Shown here: positions 12,601-29,458 of the stretch, in pieces | How positions within the stretch are numbered: position 1 is the stretch's first letter | Layout: the number at the start of each line of letters is the position of its first letter | Assembly (NCBI GenBank): GCA_964016885.1 | Contig: OZ024743.1 | Location: 99,138,001-99,202,000, forward strand | DNA from: Eledone cirrhosa | Lineage: Eukaryota | Direction: 5' to 3' | Length of the DNA stretch: 64,000 nucleotides | Translations under genes and position numbers: made by a program | The notes under the pieces: generated by a model | The model's input: only the letters and a program-made list of their open reading frames with translations | Database searches by the model: none | What the model was told of the DNA's origin: nothing

Positions 12601-15600
12601 GATATACTACATACATGTTTAGAGGGCTAAGATATACTACATACATGTTTACAGGGCTAAGATATACTACAAACATATTTACAGGGTAAGATATACTACA
12701 GACATATTTACAGGGCTAAGATATACTACATACATTTTTACAGGGCTAAGATATACTACAGACATATTTACAGGGCTAAGGTATACTACACACATGTTTA
12801 CAGGGCTAAGGTATACTACACACATATTTACAGGGCTAAGATATACTACAGACATATTTACAGGGCTAAGATATACTACGGACATGTTTACAGGGCTAAG
12901 ATATGCTACATACATATTTACAGGACTAAGATACACTACGGACATATTTACAGGGCTAAGATATACTACAGACATGTTTACAGTGCTAAGATATACTACA
13001 TACATATTTACAGGGCTATGATATACTACAGACATATTTACAGGGCTAAGATATACTACATACATATTTACAGGGCTAAGATATACTACATACATATTTA
13101 CAGGGCTAAGATATACTACATACATATTTACAGGACTAAGATATACTACACACCATATTTACAGGGCTAAGATATACTACATACATGTTTACAGGGCTAA
13201 GATATACTACAGACATATTTACAGGGCTAAGATATACTACATACATATTTACAGGGCTATGATATACTACAGCCATATTTACAGGGCTAAGATATACTAC
13301 ATACATATTTACAGGGCTAAGATATACTACATAAATGTTTACAGGGCTAAGATATACTACATACATATTTACAGAGCTATGATATACTACAGACATATTT
13401 ACAGGGCTGAGATATACTACAGACATATTTACAGGGCTAAGATATACTACATACATGTTTACAGGACTATGATATACTACATACATATTTACAGGGCTGA
13501 GATATACTACATACATGGAGACAGGGTAAGATATACTACATACATGAATAGAGGGCTAAGATATACTACAGACATATTTACAGAGCTAAGATATACTACA
13601 TATATGTTTACAAGGGTAAGATATACTACAGAGATATTTACAGGGCTAAGATATACTACATAGATATTTACAGAGCTAAGATATACTACAGAGATATTTA
13701 CAGAGCTAAGAAATACTACATACATGTTTAGAGGGCTAAGATATACTACAGACATATTTACAGGGCTAGGATATACTACATACATGTTTACAGGGATAAG
13801 ATATACTACAGACATATGTACAGGGCTCAGATATACTACATACATCTTTACAAGGCTAAGTTATACTACATACACATTTAGAGAGCTAAGATATACTACA
13901 GACATATTTACAGGGCTAAGATATACTACAGACATATTTATAGGGCTAAGATATACTACATACATGTTTACAGGGCTATGATATGCTACATACATATTTA
14001 CAGGGCTGAGATATACTACATACATGGATACAGGGCTAAGATATACTACATACATGAATAGAGGGCTAAGATATACTACAGACATATTTACAGAGCTAAG
14101 ATATACTACATACATGTTTACAAGGCTAAGATATACTACAGAGATATTTACAGGGCTAAGATATACTACAGAGATAGTTACAGAGCTAAGATATACTACA
14201 TACATGTTTACAAGGCTAAGATATACTACAAACATACATATTTACAGGGCTAAGATATACTACAGAGATGTTTACAGGGCTAAGATATACTACATACATA
14301 TTTATAGGGCTATGATATACTACAGCCATATTTACAGGGCTAAGATATACTACATACATATTTACAGGGCTAAGATATACTACATAAATGTTTACAGGGC
14401 TAAGATATACTACATACATATTTACAGAGCTATGATATACTACAGACATATTTACAGGGCTGAGATATACTACAGACATATTTACAGGGCTAAGATATAC
14501 TACATACATGTTTACAGGACTATGATATACTACATACATATTTACAGGGCTGAGATATACTACATACATGGAGACAGGGGAAGATATACTACATACATGA
14601 ATAGAGGGCTAAGATATACTACAGACATATTTACAGAGCTAAGATATACTACATATATGTTTACAAGGGTAAGATATACTACAGAGATATTTACAGGGCT
14701 AAGATATACTACATAGATATTTACAGAGCTAAGATATACTACAGAGATATTTACAGAGCTAAGAAATACTACATACATGTTTAGAGGGCTAAGATATACT
14801 ACAGACATATTTACAGGGCTAGGATATACTACATACATGTTTACAGGGATAAGATATACTACAGACATATGTACAGGGCTCAGATATACTACATACATCT
14901 TTACAAGGCTAAGTTATACTACATACACATTTAGAGAGCTAAGATATACTACAGACATATTTACAGGGCTAAGATATACTACAGACATATTTATAGGGCT
15001 AAGATATACTACATACATGTTTACAGGGCTATGATATGCTACATACATATTTACAGGGCTGAGATATACTACATACATGGATACAGGGCTAAGATATACT
15101 ACATACATGAATAGAGGGCTAAGATATACTACAGACATATTTACAGAGCTAAGATATACTACATACATGTTTACAAGGCTAAGATATACTACAGAGATAT
15201 TTACAGGGCTAAGATATACTACAGAGATAGTTACAGAGCTAAGATATACTACATACATGTTTACAAGGCTAAGATATACTACAAACATACATATTTACAG
15301 GGCTAAGATATACTACAGAGATGTTTACAGGGCTAAGATATACTACATACATATTTATAGGGCTATGATATACTACTGACATATTTACAGGGCTAAGATA
15401 TAATACAGACATGTTTACAGGGCTAAGATATACTACATACATGTTTACAGGGCTAAGATATACTACAGACATATTTACAGGGCTAAGATATAATACATAC
15501 ATATTTACAGGGCTAAGATATACTACATACATGTTTACAGGGCTAAGATATACTACAGACATATTTACAGGGCTAAGATATACTACAGACATATTTACAG

Positions 15601-16795
15601 GGCTAAGATATACTACAGACATGTTTAGAGGGCTAAGATATACTACATACATGTTTACAGGGCTAAGATATACTACAAACATATTTACAGGGTAAGATAT
15701 ACTACAGACATATTTACAGGGCTAAGATATACTACATACATTTTTACAGGGCTAAGATATACTACAGACATATTTACAGGGCTAAGGTATACTACACACA
15801 TGTTTACAGGGCTAAGGTATACTACACACATATTTACAGGGCTAAGATATACTACAGACATATTTACAGGGCTAAGATATACTACGGACATGTTTACAGG
15901 GCTAAGATATGCTACATACATATTTACAGGACTAAGATACACTACGGACATATTTACAGGGCTAAGATATACTACAGACATGTTTACAGTGCTAAGATAT
16001 ACTACAGACATATTTACAGGGCTAAGATATACTACAGATATATTTACATGGCTAAGATATACTACATACATGTTTAGAGGGCTAAGATATACTACAGACA
16101 TATTTACAGGGCTAAGATATACTACATACATATTTACAGGGCTATGATATACTACAGACATATTTACAGGTCTAAGATATACTACATACATATTTACAGG
16201 GCTAAGATATACTACACACCATATTTACAGAGCTAAGATATACTACAGACATATTTACAGGGCTAAGATATACTACAGACATATTTACAGGGCTAAGATA
16301 TACTACATACATGTTTACAGGGCTAAGGTATACTACACACATATTTGCAGGGCTAAGATATTCTACAGACATATTTACAGAGCTAAGATATACTACATAC
16401 ATATTTACAGGGCTAAGATATACTACGGACATATTTCAAGGGCTAAGATATACTACAGACATGTTTACAGTGCTAAGATATAATACAAACATATTTACAG
16501 GGCTAAGATATACTACAGACATATTTACAGGGCTAAGATGTACTACATACATATTTACAGGGCTAAGATATACTACACACCATGTTTACAGGGCTAAGAT
16601 ATACTACACACCATGTTTACAGGGCTAAGATATACTACGGACATATTTACAGGGATAAGATATACTACACACCATGTTTACAGGGCTAAGATATACTACA
16701 CACCATGTTTACAGGGCTAAGATATACTACACACCATGTTTACAGGGCTAAGATATACTACATACATGTTTACAGGGCGGGCTAAGATATACTAA

Positions 16796-18228
16796 CACAA
16801 AAGACTTATGGCGAAACTCTCTGCAATGGGTGTGAGGGATGATCGTTTTAACTGGTTGAAGTCCTTCATTCTCAGTCGGAGAGAGGTAGTCACGGTTCTA
16901 GGACAGCATTCTTCACCATATGAGATGTCATCTGGTGTACCACAGGGATATGTTCGTGGCATACATTAATGACACAGATGGCAACTTAAAGAATGCCACA
17001 GTACTGAAATATGCAGATGACATCAAGCTGTACCTTGAAATCAAAAGGACTGATCCTGAAATCTACAACTCTTTCCTACAATCAGACCTGGACACAATGC
17101 AGCAATAGATCACAGACTGGCAACTGAAACTGGCTGTGGACAAGTGTACCACCATGCATTTTTTTGGGAAAAACCAAGCGTCCACAAACTCCCTCCACAA
17201 CACTGATATCAAGAAGTCCTCTTGTGAACGTGACCTGGGCATTACTGTCAGCAGCGATTTGCATTGGACAAAGCAGGTCTCTAAGATTGTCAAGAAGGCC
17301 GAGGGTGTCTTAGCATCACTCAGCAAGACCTTTGTTAGCCGCTCTCCAGCCATCTATTTAAAGCTGTATATAGCTATGGTACGACCACACTTGGAATTCG
17401 CATCATCAGTCTGAAACCCCTATCTTGCTCAGAACACTGACCTCCTGGAAACTGTTCAGAGACGTGCAACCAAGCACATACCCTCCATCAGACACCTACC
17501 ATACCCTGAACGCCTTGCTTCCCTAGGCATGGATTCATTGAAACTCGGACGTCTGGCAATGGACTTGGTAAACACCCTCAAAGTTATTAACCATCTCGCC
17601 AACAACAACACTGAGCACCTTTTTGATCTCCATGTGTCTAATACACGTGGACATGCCTACAAAATCAGAAAACAGCATATCTCCCATGACTTTCGGAAAC
17701 ATTTTTTCACGCTTAGAGTTGCTGAAGCATGGAACAAACTACCTGCATCAGTTGTTAGCTGCCGAGACACCGCATCCTTTAAAACCCTCATAGAACAAAC
17801 TACCTGCATCAGTTGTTAGCTGCCGAGACACTGCATCCTTTAAAACCCTCATGGAACAAACTACCTGCATCAGTTGTTAGCTGCCGAGACACCGCATCCT
17901 TTAAAACCCTCATGGAACAAACTACCTGCATCAGTTGTTAGCTGCCGAGACACTGCATCCTTTAAAACCCTCATGGAACAAACTACCTGCGTCAGTTGTT
18001 AGCTGCTGAGACACTGCATCCTTTAAAACCCTCCTGCTTCCTGAAATTCGACAAAACTACACCTGATGTACCCCTTCCATACACATGCACACATGTGTAT
18101 ATCATGACTCATGCACTGTTCATTTTCCTGACATTTGTACATTACGCTATGTACTATACATACACTTTTGATGGGATGTCGTACACCTGAGCACTGTACA
18201 CAATATTTTCATTATTATTATTATTATT
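16796..18228 (+). mobile_element. CR1 fragment copy 2
   Basis: Same length, junctions and lesions as copy 1; offset +8595. Confidence 0.93.
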
Positions 18229-21200
18229 ACACACAATATTTACAGGGCTAAGATATACTACAGACATGTTTACAGGGCTATGATATACTACATACTTGTT
18301 TACAGGGCTAAGATATACTACAAACATACTTACAGGGCTAAGATATACTACATACCTATTTACAGGGCTAAGATATACTACATACATGTTTAGAGGGCTA
18401 AGATATACTACATACATATTTACAGGGCTATGATATACTACAGACATATTTACAGGGCTAAGATATACTACATACATATTTACAGGGCTAAGATATACTA
18501 CAGACATATTTACAGGGCTAAGATATACTACATACATATTTACAGGACTAAGATATACTACACACCATATTTACAGGGCTAAGATATACTACATACATGT
18601 TTACAGGGCTAAGATATACTACAGACATATTTACAGGGCTAGGATATACTACATACATGTTTACAGGGCTAAGATATACTACAGTAATATTTACAGGGCT
18701 AAGATATACTACAGACATATGTACAGGGCTCAGATATACTACATACATCTTTACAAGGCTAAGTTATACTACAAACATATTTACAGGGCTAAGATATACT
18801 ACAGACATATTTACAGGGCTAAGATATACTACATACATGTTTACAGGGCTATGATATACTACATACATATTTACAGGGCTGAGATATACTACATACATGG
18901 AGACAGGGTAAGATATACTACATACATGAATAGAGGGCTAAGATATACTACAGACATATTTACAGAGCTAAGATATACTACATATATGTTTACAAGGGTA
19001 AGATATACTACAGAGATATTTACAGGGCTAAGATATACTACATAGATATTTACAGAGCTAAGATATACTACATAGATATTTACAGAGCTAAGATATACTA
19101 CAGAGATATTTACAGAGCTAAGATATACTACATACATGTTTACAAGGCTAAGATATACTACAAACATATTTACAGGGCTAAGATATACTACAGAGATATT
19201 TACAGGGCTAAGATATACTACATACATATGTACAGGGCTATGATATACTACAGACATATTTACAGGGCTAAGATATACTACAGACATATTTACAGGGCTA
19301 AGATATACTACAGACATATATACAGGGCTAATATATACTACAGACATATTTACAGGGCTAAGATATACTACAGACATATTTACAGGGCTAGGATATACTA
19401 CATACATGTTTACAGGGCTAAGATATACTACAGTAATATTTACAGGGCTAAGATATACTACAGACATATATACAGGGCTAATATATACTACAGACATATT
19501 TACAGGGCTAAGATATACTACATACATATTTACAGGGCTAAGATATACTACACACCATATTTACAGGGCTAAGAAATACTACATACATGTTTAGAGGGCT
19601 AAGATATACTACAGACATATTTACAGGGCTAGGATATACTACATACATGTTTACAGGGCTAAGATATACTACAGACATATGTACAGGGCTCAGATATACT
19701 ACATACATCTTTACAAGGCTAAGTTATACTACAAACATATTTAGAGGGCTAAGATATACTACAGACATATTTACAGGGCTAAGATATACTACAGACATAT
19801 TTATAGGGCTAAGATATACTACATACATGTTTACAGGGCTATGATATACTACATACATATTTACAGGGCTGAGATATACTACATACATGGATACAGGGCT
19901 AAGATATACTACATACATGAATGGTGGGCTAAGATATACTACAGACATATTTACAGAGCTAAGATATACTACATACATGTTTACAAGGCTAAGATATACT
20001 ACAGAGATATTTACAGGGCTAAGATATACTACAGAGATATTTACAGAGCTAAGATATACTACATACATGTTTACAAGGATATACTACAAACATACATATT
20101 TACAGGGCTAAGATATACTACAGAGATGTTTACAGGGCTAAGATATACTACATACATATTTATAGGGCTATGATATACTACTGACATATTTACAGGGCTA
20201 AGATATAATACAGACATGTTTACAGGGCTAAGATATACTACATACATGTTTACAGGGCTAAGATATACTACAGACATATTTACAGGGCTAAGATATAATA
20301 CATACATATTTACAGGGCTAAGATATACTACATACATGTTTACAGGGCTAAGATATACTACAGAGATATTTACAGGGCTAAGATATACTACAGACATATT
20401 TACAGGGCTAAGATATACTACAGACATGTTTAGAGGGCTAAGATATACTACATATATGTATAGAGGGCTAAGATATACTACAGACATATTTACAGACCTA
20501 AGATATACTACATACATGTTTACAAGGCTAAGTTATACTACAAACATATTTAGAGGGCTAAGATATACTACAGACATGTTTAGAGGGATAAGATATACTA
20601 CATACATGTATAGAGGGCTAAGATATACTACAGACATATTTACAGAGCTAAGATATACTAAATACATGTTTACAAGGCTAAGATATACTAGAAACATATT
20701 TACAGCGCTAAGATATACTACAGAGATATTTACTGGGCTAAGATATACTACAGACATATTTACATGGCTATGATATACTACAGACATATTTACAGGGCTA
20801 AGATATACTACATATATATATTTACAGGGCTAAGATATAATACAGACATATTTACAGGGCTAAGATATACTACATACATGTATACAGGGCTACGATATAC
20901 TACATACATGTTTACAGGGCTAAGATATACTACATACATGTTTATAGGGCTAAGATATACTACAGACATTTTTACAGGGCTAAGATATACTACATACATG
21001 TATACAGGGCTATGATATACTACATACATGTTTAGAGGGCTAAGATATACTACATACATGTTTACAGGGCTATGATATACTACATACATGTTTAGAGGGC
21101 TAAGATATACTACATACATGTTTACAGGGCTAAGATATACTACAAACATATTTACAGGGTAAGATATACTACAGACATATTTACAGGGCTAAGATATACT

Positions 21201-22502
21201 ACATACATTTTTACAGGGCTAAGATATACTACAGACATATTTACAGGGCTAAGGTATACTACACACATGTTTACAGGGCTAAGGTATACTACACACATAT
21301 TTACAGGGCTAAGATATACTACAGACATATTTACAGGGCTAAGATATACTACGGACATGTTTACAGGGCTAAGATATGCTACATACATATTTACAGGACT
21401 AAGATACACTACGGACATATTTACAGGGCTAAGATATACTACAGACATGTTTACAGTGCTAAGATATACTACAGACATATTTACAGGGCTAAGATATACT
21501 ACAGATATATTTACATGGCTAAGATATACTACATACATGTTTAGAGGGCTAAGATATACTACAGACATATTTACAGGGCTAAGATATACTACATACATAT
21601 TTACAGGGCTATGATATACTACAGACATATTTACAGGGCTAAGATATACTACATACATATTTACAGGGCTAAGATATACTGCATAAATGTTTACAGGGCT
21701 AAGATATACTACATACATATTTACAGAGCTATGATATACTACAGACATATTTACAGGGCTGAGATATACTACATACATGGATACAGGGCTGAGATATACT
21801 ACATACATGTTTACAGGGCTAAGATATACTACATACATATTACAGAGCTAAGATATACTACACACCATATTTACAGAGCTAAGATATACTACAGACATAT
21901 TTACAGGGCTAAGATATACTACAGACATATTTACAGGGCTAAGATATACTACATACATGTTTACAGGGCTAAGGTATACTACACACATATTTGCAGGGCT
22001 AAGATATTCTACAGACATATTTACAGAGCTAAGATATACTACATACATATTTACAGGGCTAAGATATACTACGGACATATTTCAAGGGCTAAGATATACT
22101 ACAGACATGTTTACAGTGCTAAGATATACTACAAACATATTTACAGGGCTAAGATATACTACAGACATATTTACAGGGCTAAGATGTACTACATACATAT
22201 TTACAGGGCTAAGATATACTACACACCATGTTTACAGGGCTAAGATATACTACACACCATGTTTACAGGGCTAAGATATACTACGGACATATTTACAGGG
22301 ATAAGATATACTACACACCATGTTTACAGGGCTAAGATATACTACGGACATATTTACAGGGATAAGATATACTACACACCATGTTTACAGGGCTAAGATA
22401 TACTACACACCATGTTTACAGGGCTAAGATATACTACACACCATGTTTACAGGGCTAAGATATACTACATACATGTTTACAGGGCGGGCTAAGATATACT
22501 AA

Positions 22503-23935
22503 CACAAAAGACTTATGGCGAAACTCTCTGCAATGGGTGTGAGGGATGATCGTTTTAACTGGTTGAAGTCCTTCATTCTCAGTCGGAGAGAGGTAGTCAC
22601 GGTTCTAGGACAGCATTCTTCACCATATGAGATGTCATCTGGTGTACCACAGGGATATGTTCGTGGCATACATTAATGACACAGATGGTAACTTAAAGAA
22701 TGCCACAGTACTGAAATATGCAGATGACATCAAGCTGTACCTTGAAATCAAAAGGACTGATCCTGAAATCTACAACTCTTTCCTACAATCAGACCTGGAC
22801 ACAATGCAGCAATAGATCACAGACTGGCAACTGAAACTGGCTGTGGACAAGTGTACCACCATGCATTTTTTTGGGAAAAACCAAGCGTCCACAAACTCCC
22901 TCCACAACACTGATATCAAGAAGTCCTCTTGTGAACGTGACCTGGGCATTACTGTCAGCAGCGATTTGCATTGGACAAAGCAGGTCTCTAAGATTGTCAA
23001 GAAGGCCGAGGGTGTCTTAGCATCACTCAGCAAGACCTTTGTTAGCCGCTCTCCAGCCATCTATTTAAAGCTGTATATAGCTATGGTACGACCACACTTG
23101 GAATTCGCATCATCAGTCTGAAACCCCTATCTTGCTCAGAACACTGACCTCCTGGAAACTGTTCAGAGACGTGCAACCAAGCACATACCCTCCATCAGAC
23201 ACCTACCATACCCTGAACGCCTTGCTTCCCTAGGCATGGATTCATTGAAACTCGGACGTCTGGCAATGGACTTGGTAAACACCCTCAAAGTTATTAACCA
23301 TCTCGCCAACAACAACACTGAGCACCTTTTTGATCTCCATGTGTCTAATACACGTGGACATGCCTACAAAATCAGAAAACAGCATATCTCCCATGACTTT
23401 CGGAAACATTTTTTCACGCTTAGAGTTGCTGAAGCATGGAACAAACTACCTGCATCAGTTGTTAGCTGCCGAGACACCGCATCCTTTAAAACCCTCATAG
23501 AACAAACTACCTGCATCAGTTGTTAGCTGCCGAGACACTGCATCCTTTAAAACCCTCATGGAACAAACTACCTGCATCAGTTGTTAGCTGCCGAGACACC
23601 ACATCCTTTAAAACCCTCATGGAACAAACTACCTGCATCAGTTGTTAGCTGCCGAGACACTGCATCCTTTAAAACCCTCATGGAACAAACTACCTGCGTC
23701 AGTTGTTAGCTGCTGAGACACTGCATCCTTTAAAACCCTCCTGCTTCCTGAAATTCGACAAAACTACACCTGATGTACCCCTTCCATACACATGCACACA
23801 TGTGTATATCATGACTCATGCACTGTTCATTTTCCTGACATTTGTACATTACGCTATGTACTATACATACACTTTTGATGGGATGTCGTACACCTGAGCA
23901 CTGTACACAATATTTTCATTATTATTATTATTATT
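22503..23935 (+). mobile_element. CR1 fragment copy 3
   Basis: Offset +5707 from copy 2; identical ORF fragments. Confidence 0.93.
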
Positions 23936-26900
23936 ACACACAATATTTACAGGGCTAAGATATACTACAGACATGTTTACAGGGCTATGATATACTACAT
24001 ACTTGTTTACAGGGCTAAGATATACTACAAACATACTTACAGGGCTAAGATATACTACATACCTATTTACAGGGCTAAGATATACTACATACATGTTTAG
24101 AGGGCTAAGATATACTACATACATATTTACAGGGCTATGATATACTACAGACATATTTACAGGGCTAAGATATACTACATACATATTTACAGGGCTAAGA
24201 TATACTACAGACATATTTACAGGGCTAAGATATACTACATACATATTTACAGGACTAAGATATACTACACACCATATTTACAGGGCTAAGATATACTACA
24301 TACATGTTTACAGGGCTAAGATATACTACAGACATATTTACAGGGCTAGGATATACTACATACATGTTTACAGGGCTAAGATATACTACAGTAATATTTA
24401 CAGGGCTAAGATATACTACAGACATATGTACAGGGCTCAGATATACTACATACATCTTTACAAGGCTAAGTTATACTACAAACATATTTACAGGGCTAAG
24501 ATATACTACAGACATATTTACAGGGCTAAGATATACTACATACATGTTTACAGGGCTATGATATACTACATACATATTTACAGGGCTGAGATATACTACA
24601 TACATGGAGACAGGGTAAGATATACTACATACATGAATAGAGGGCTAAGATATACTACAGACATATTTACAGAGCTAAGATATACTACATATATGTTTAC
24701 AAGGGTAAGATATACTACAGAGATATTTACAGGGCTAAGATATACTACATAGATATTTACAGAGCTAAGATATACTACATAGATATTTACAGAGCTAAGA
24801 TATACTACAGAGATATTTACAGAGCTAAGATATACTACATACATGTTTACAAGGCTAAGATATACTACAAACATATTTACAGGGCTAAGATATACTACAG
24901 AGATATTTACAGGGCTAAGATATACTACATACATATGTACAGGGCTATGATATACTACAGACATATTTACAGGGCTAAGATATACTACAGACATATTTAC
25001 AGGGCTAAGATATACTACAGACATATATACAGGGCTAATATATACTACAGACATATTTACAGGGCTAAGATATACTACAGACATATTTACAGGGCTAGGA
25101 TATACTACATACATGTTTACAGGGCTAAGATATACTACAGTAATATTTACAGGGCTAAGATATACTACAGACATATATACAGGGCTAATATATACTACAG
25201 ACATATTTACAGGGCTAAGATATACTACATACATATTTACAGGGCTAAGATATACTACACACCATATTTACAGGGCTAAGAAATACTACATACATGTTTA
25301 GAGGGCTAAGATATACTACAGACATATTTACAGGGCTAGGATATACTACATACATGTTTACAGGGCTAAGATATACTACAGACATATGTACAGGGCTCAG
25401 ATATACTACATACATCTTTACAAGGCTAAGTTATACTACAAACATATTTAGAGGGCTAAGATATACTACAGACATATTTACAGGGCTAAGATATACTACA
25501 GACATATTTATAGGGCTAAGATATACTACATACATGTTTACAGGGCTATGATATACTACATACATATTTACAGGGCTGAGATATACTACATACATGGATA
25601 CAGGGCTAAGATATACTACATACATGAATGGTGGGCTAAGATATACTACAGACATATTTACAGAGCTAAGATATACTACATACATGTTTACAAGGCTAAG
25701 ATATACTACAGAGATATTTACAGGGCTAAGATATACTACAGAGATATTTACAGAGCTAAGATATACTACATACATGTTTACAAGGATATACTACAAACAT
25801 ACATATTTACAGGGCTAAGATATACTACAGAGATGTTTACAGGGCTAAGATATACTACATACATATTTATAGGGCTATGATATACTACTGACATATTTAC
25901 AGGGCTAAGATATAATACAGACATGTTTACAGGGCTAAGATATACTACATACATGTTTACAGGGCTAAGATATACTACAGACATATTTACAGGGCTAAGA
26001 TATAATACATACATATTTACAGGGCTAAGATATACTACATACATGTTTACAGGGCTAAGATATACTACAGAGATATTTACAGGGCTAAGATATACTACAG
26101 ACATATTTACAGGGCTAAGATATACTACAGACATGTTTAGAGGGCTAAGATATACTACATATATGTATAGAGGGCTAAGATATACTACAGACATATTTAC
26201 AGACCTAAGATATACTACATACATGTTTACAAGGCTAAGTTATACTACAAACATATTTAGAGGGCTAAGATATACTACAGACATGTTTAGAGGGATAAGA
26301 TATACTACATACATGTATAGAGGGCTAAGATATACTACAGACATATTTACAGAGCTAAGATATACTAAATACATGTTTACAAGGCTAAGATATACTAGAA
26401 ACATATTTACAGCGCTAAGATATACTACAGAGATATTTACTGGGCTAAGATATACTACAGACATATTTACATGGCTATGATATACTACAGACATATTTAC
26501 AGGGCTAAGATATACTACATATATATATTTACAGGGCTAAGATATAATACAGACATATTTACAGGGCTAAGATATACTACATACATGTATACAGGGCTAC
26601 GATATACTACATACATGTTTACAGGGCTAAGATATACTACATACATGTTTATAGGGCTAAGATATACTACAGACATTTTTACAGGGCTAAGATATACTAC
26701 ATACATGTATACAGGGCTATGATATACTACATACATGTTTAGAGGGCTAAGATATACTACATACATGTTTACAGGGCTATGATATACTACATACATGTTT
26801 AGAGGGCTAAGATATACTACATACATGTTTACAGGGCTAAGATATACTACAAACATATTTACAGTGTAAGATATACTACAGACATATTTACAGGGCTAAG

Positions 26901-28025
26901 ATATACTACATACATTTTTACAGGGCTAAGATATACTACAGACATATTTACAGGGCTAAGGTATACTACACACATGTTTACAGGGCTAAGGTATACTACA
27001 CACATATTTACAGGGCTAAGATATACTACAGACATATTTACAGGGCTAAGATATACTACGGACATGTTTACAGGGCTAAGATATGCTACATACATATTTA
27101 CAGGACTAAGATACACTACGGACATATTTACAGGGCTAAGATATACTACAGACATGTTTACAGTGCTAAGATATACTACAGACATATTTACAGGGCTAAG
27201 ATATACTACAGATATATTTACATGGCTAAGATATACTACATACATGTTTAGAGGGCTAAGATATACTACAGACATATTTACAGGGCTAAGATATACTACA
27301 TACATATTTACAGGGCTATGATATACTACAGACATATTTACAGGGCTAAGATATACTACATACATATTTACAGGGCTAAGATATACTGCATAAATGTTTA
27401 CAGGGCTAAGATATACTACATACATATTTACAGAGCTATGATATACTACAGACATATTTACAGGGCTGAGATATACTACATACATGGATACAGGGCTGAG
27501 ATATACTACATACATGTTTACAGGGCTAAGATATACTACATACATATTACAGAGCTAAGATATACTACACACCATATTTACAGAGCTAAGATATACTACA
27601 GACATATTTACAGGGCTAAGATATACTACAGACATATTTACAGGGCTAAGATATACTACATACATGTTTACAGGGCTAAGGTATACTACACACATATTTG
27701 CAGGGCTAAGATATTCTACAGACATATTTACAGAGCTAAGATATACTACATACATATTTACAGGGCTAAGATATACTACGGACATATTTCAAGGGCTAAG
27801 ATATACTACAGACATGTTTACAGTGCTAAGATATACTACAAACATATTTACAGGGCTAAGATATACTACAGACATATTTACAGGGCTAAGATGTACTACA
27901 TACATATTTACAGGGCTAAGATATACTACACACCATGTTTACAGGGCTAAGATATACTACACACCATGTTTACAGGGCTAAGATATACTACATACATGTT
28001 TACAGGGCGGGCTAAGATATACTAA

Positions 28026-29458
28026 CACAAAAGACTTATGGCGAAACTCTCTGCAATGGGTGTGAGGGATGATCGTTTTAACTGGTTGAAGTCCTTCATT
28101 CTCAGTCGGAGAGAGGTAGTCACGGTTCTAGGACAGCATTCTTCACCATATGAGATGTCATCTGGTGTACCACAGGGATATGTTCGTGGCATACATTAAT
28201 GACACAGATGGTAACTTAAAGAATGCCACAGTACTGAAATATGCAGATGACATCAAGCTGTACCTTGAAATCAAAAGGACTGATCCTGAAATCTACAACT
28301 CTTTCCTACAATCAGACCTGGACACAATGCAGCAATAGATCACAGACTGGCAACTGAAACTGGCTGTGGACAAGTGTACCACCATGCATTTTTTTGGGAA
28401 AAACCAAGCGTCCACAAACTCCCTCCACAACACTGATATCAAGAAGTCCTCTTGTGAACGTGACCTGGGCATTACTGTCAGCAGCGATTTGCATTGGACA
28501 AAGCAGGTCTCTAAGATTGTCAAGAAGGCCGAGGGTGTCTTAGCATCACTCAGCAAGACCTTTGTTAGCCGCTCTCCAGCCATCTATTTAAAGCTGTATA
28601 TAGCTATGGTACGACCACACTTGGAATTCGCATCATCAGTCTGAAACCCCTATCTTGCTCAGAACACTGACCTCCTGGAAACTGTTCAGAGACGTGCAAC
28701 CAAGCACATACCCTCCATCAGACACCTACCATACCCTGAACGCCTTGCTTCCCTAGGCATGGATTCATTGAAACTCGGACGTCTGGCAATGGACTTGGTA
28801 AACACCCTCAAAGTTATTAACCATCTCGCCAACAACAACACTGAGCACCTTTTTGATCTCCATGTGTCTAATACACGTGGACATGCCTACAAAATCAGAA
28901 AACAGCATATCTCCCATGACTTTCGGAAACATTTTTTCACGCTTAGAGTTGCTGAAGCATGGAACAAACTACCTGCATCAGTTGTTAGCTGCCGAGACAC
29001 CGCATCCTTTAAAACCCTCATAGAACAAACTACCTGCATCAGTTGTTAGCTGCCGAGACACTGCATCCTTTAAAACCCTCATGGAACAAACTACCTGCAT
29101 CAGTTGTTAGCTGCCGAGACACCACATCCTTTAAAACCCTCATGGAACAAACTACCTGCATCAGTTGTTAGCTGCCGAGACACTGCATCCTTTAAAACCC
29201 TCATGGAACAAACTACCTGCGTCAGTTGTTAGCTGCTGAGACACTGCATCCTTTAAAACCCTCCTGCTTCCTGAAATTCGACAAAACTACACCTGATGTA
29301 CCCCTTCCATACACATGCACACATGTGTATATCATGACTCATGCACTGTTCATTTTCCTGACATTTGTACATTACGCTATGTACTATACATACACTTTTG
29401 ATGGGATGTCGTACACCTGAGCACTGTACACAATATTTTCATTATTATTATTATTATT
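28026..29458 (+). mobile_element. CR1 fragment copy 4
   Basis: Offset +5523 from copy 3; identical ORF fragments. Confidence 0.93.
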
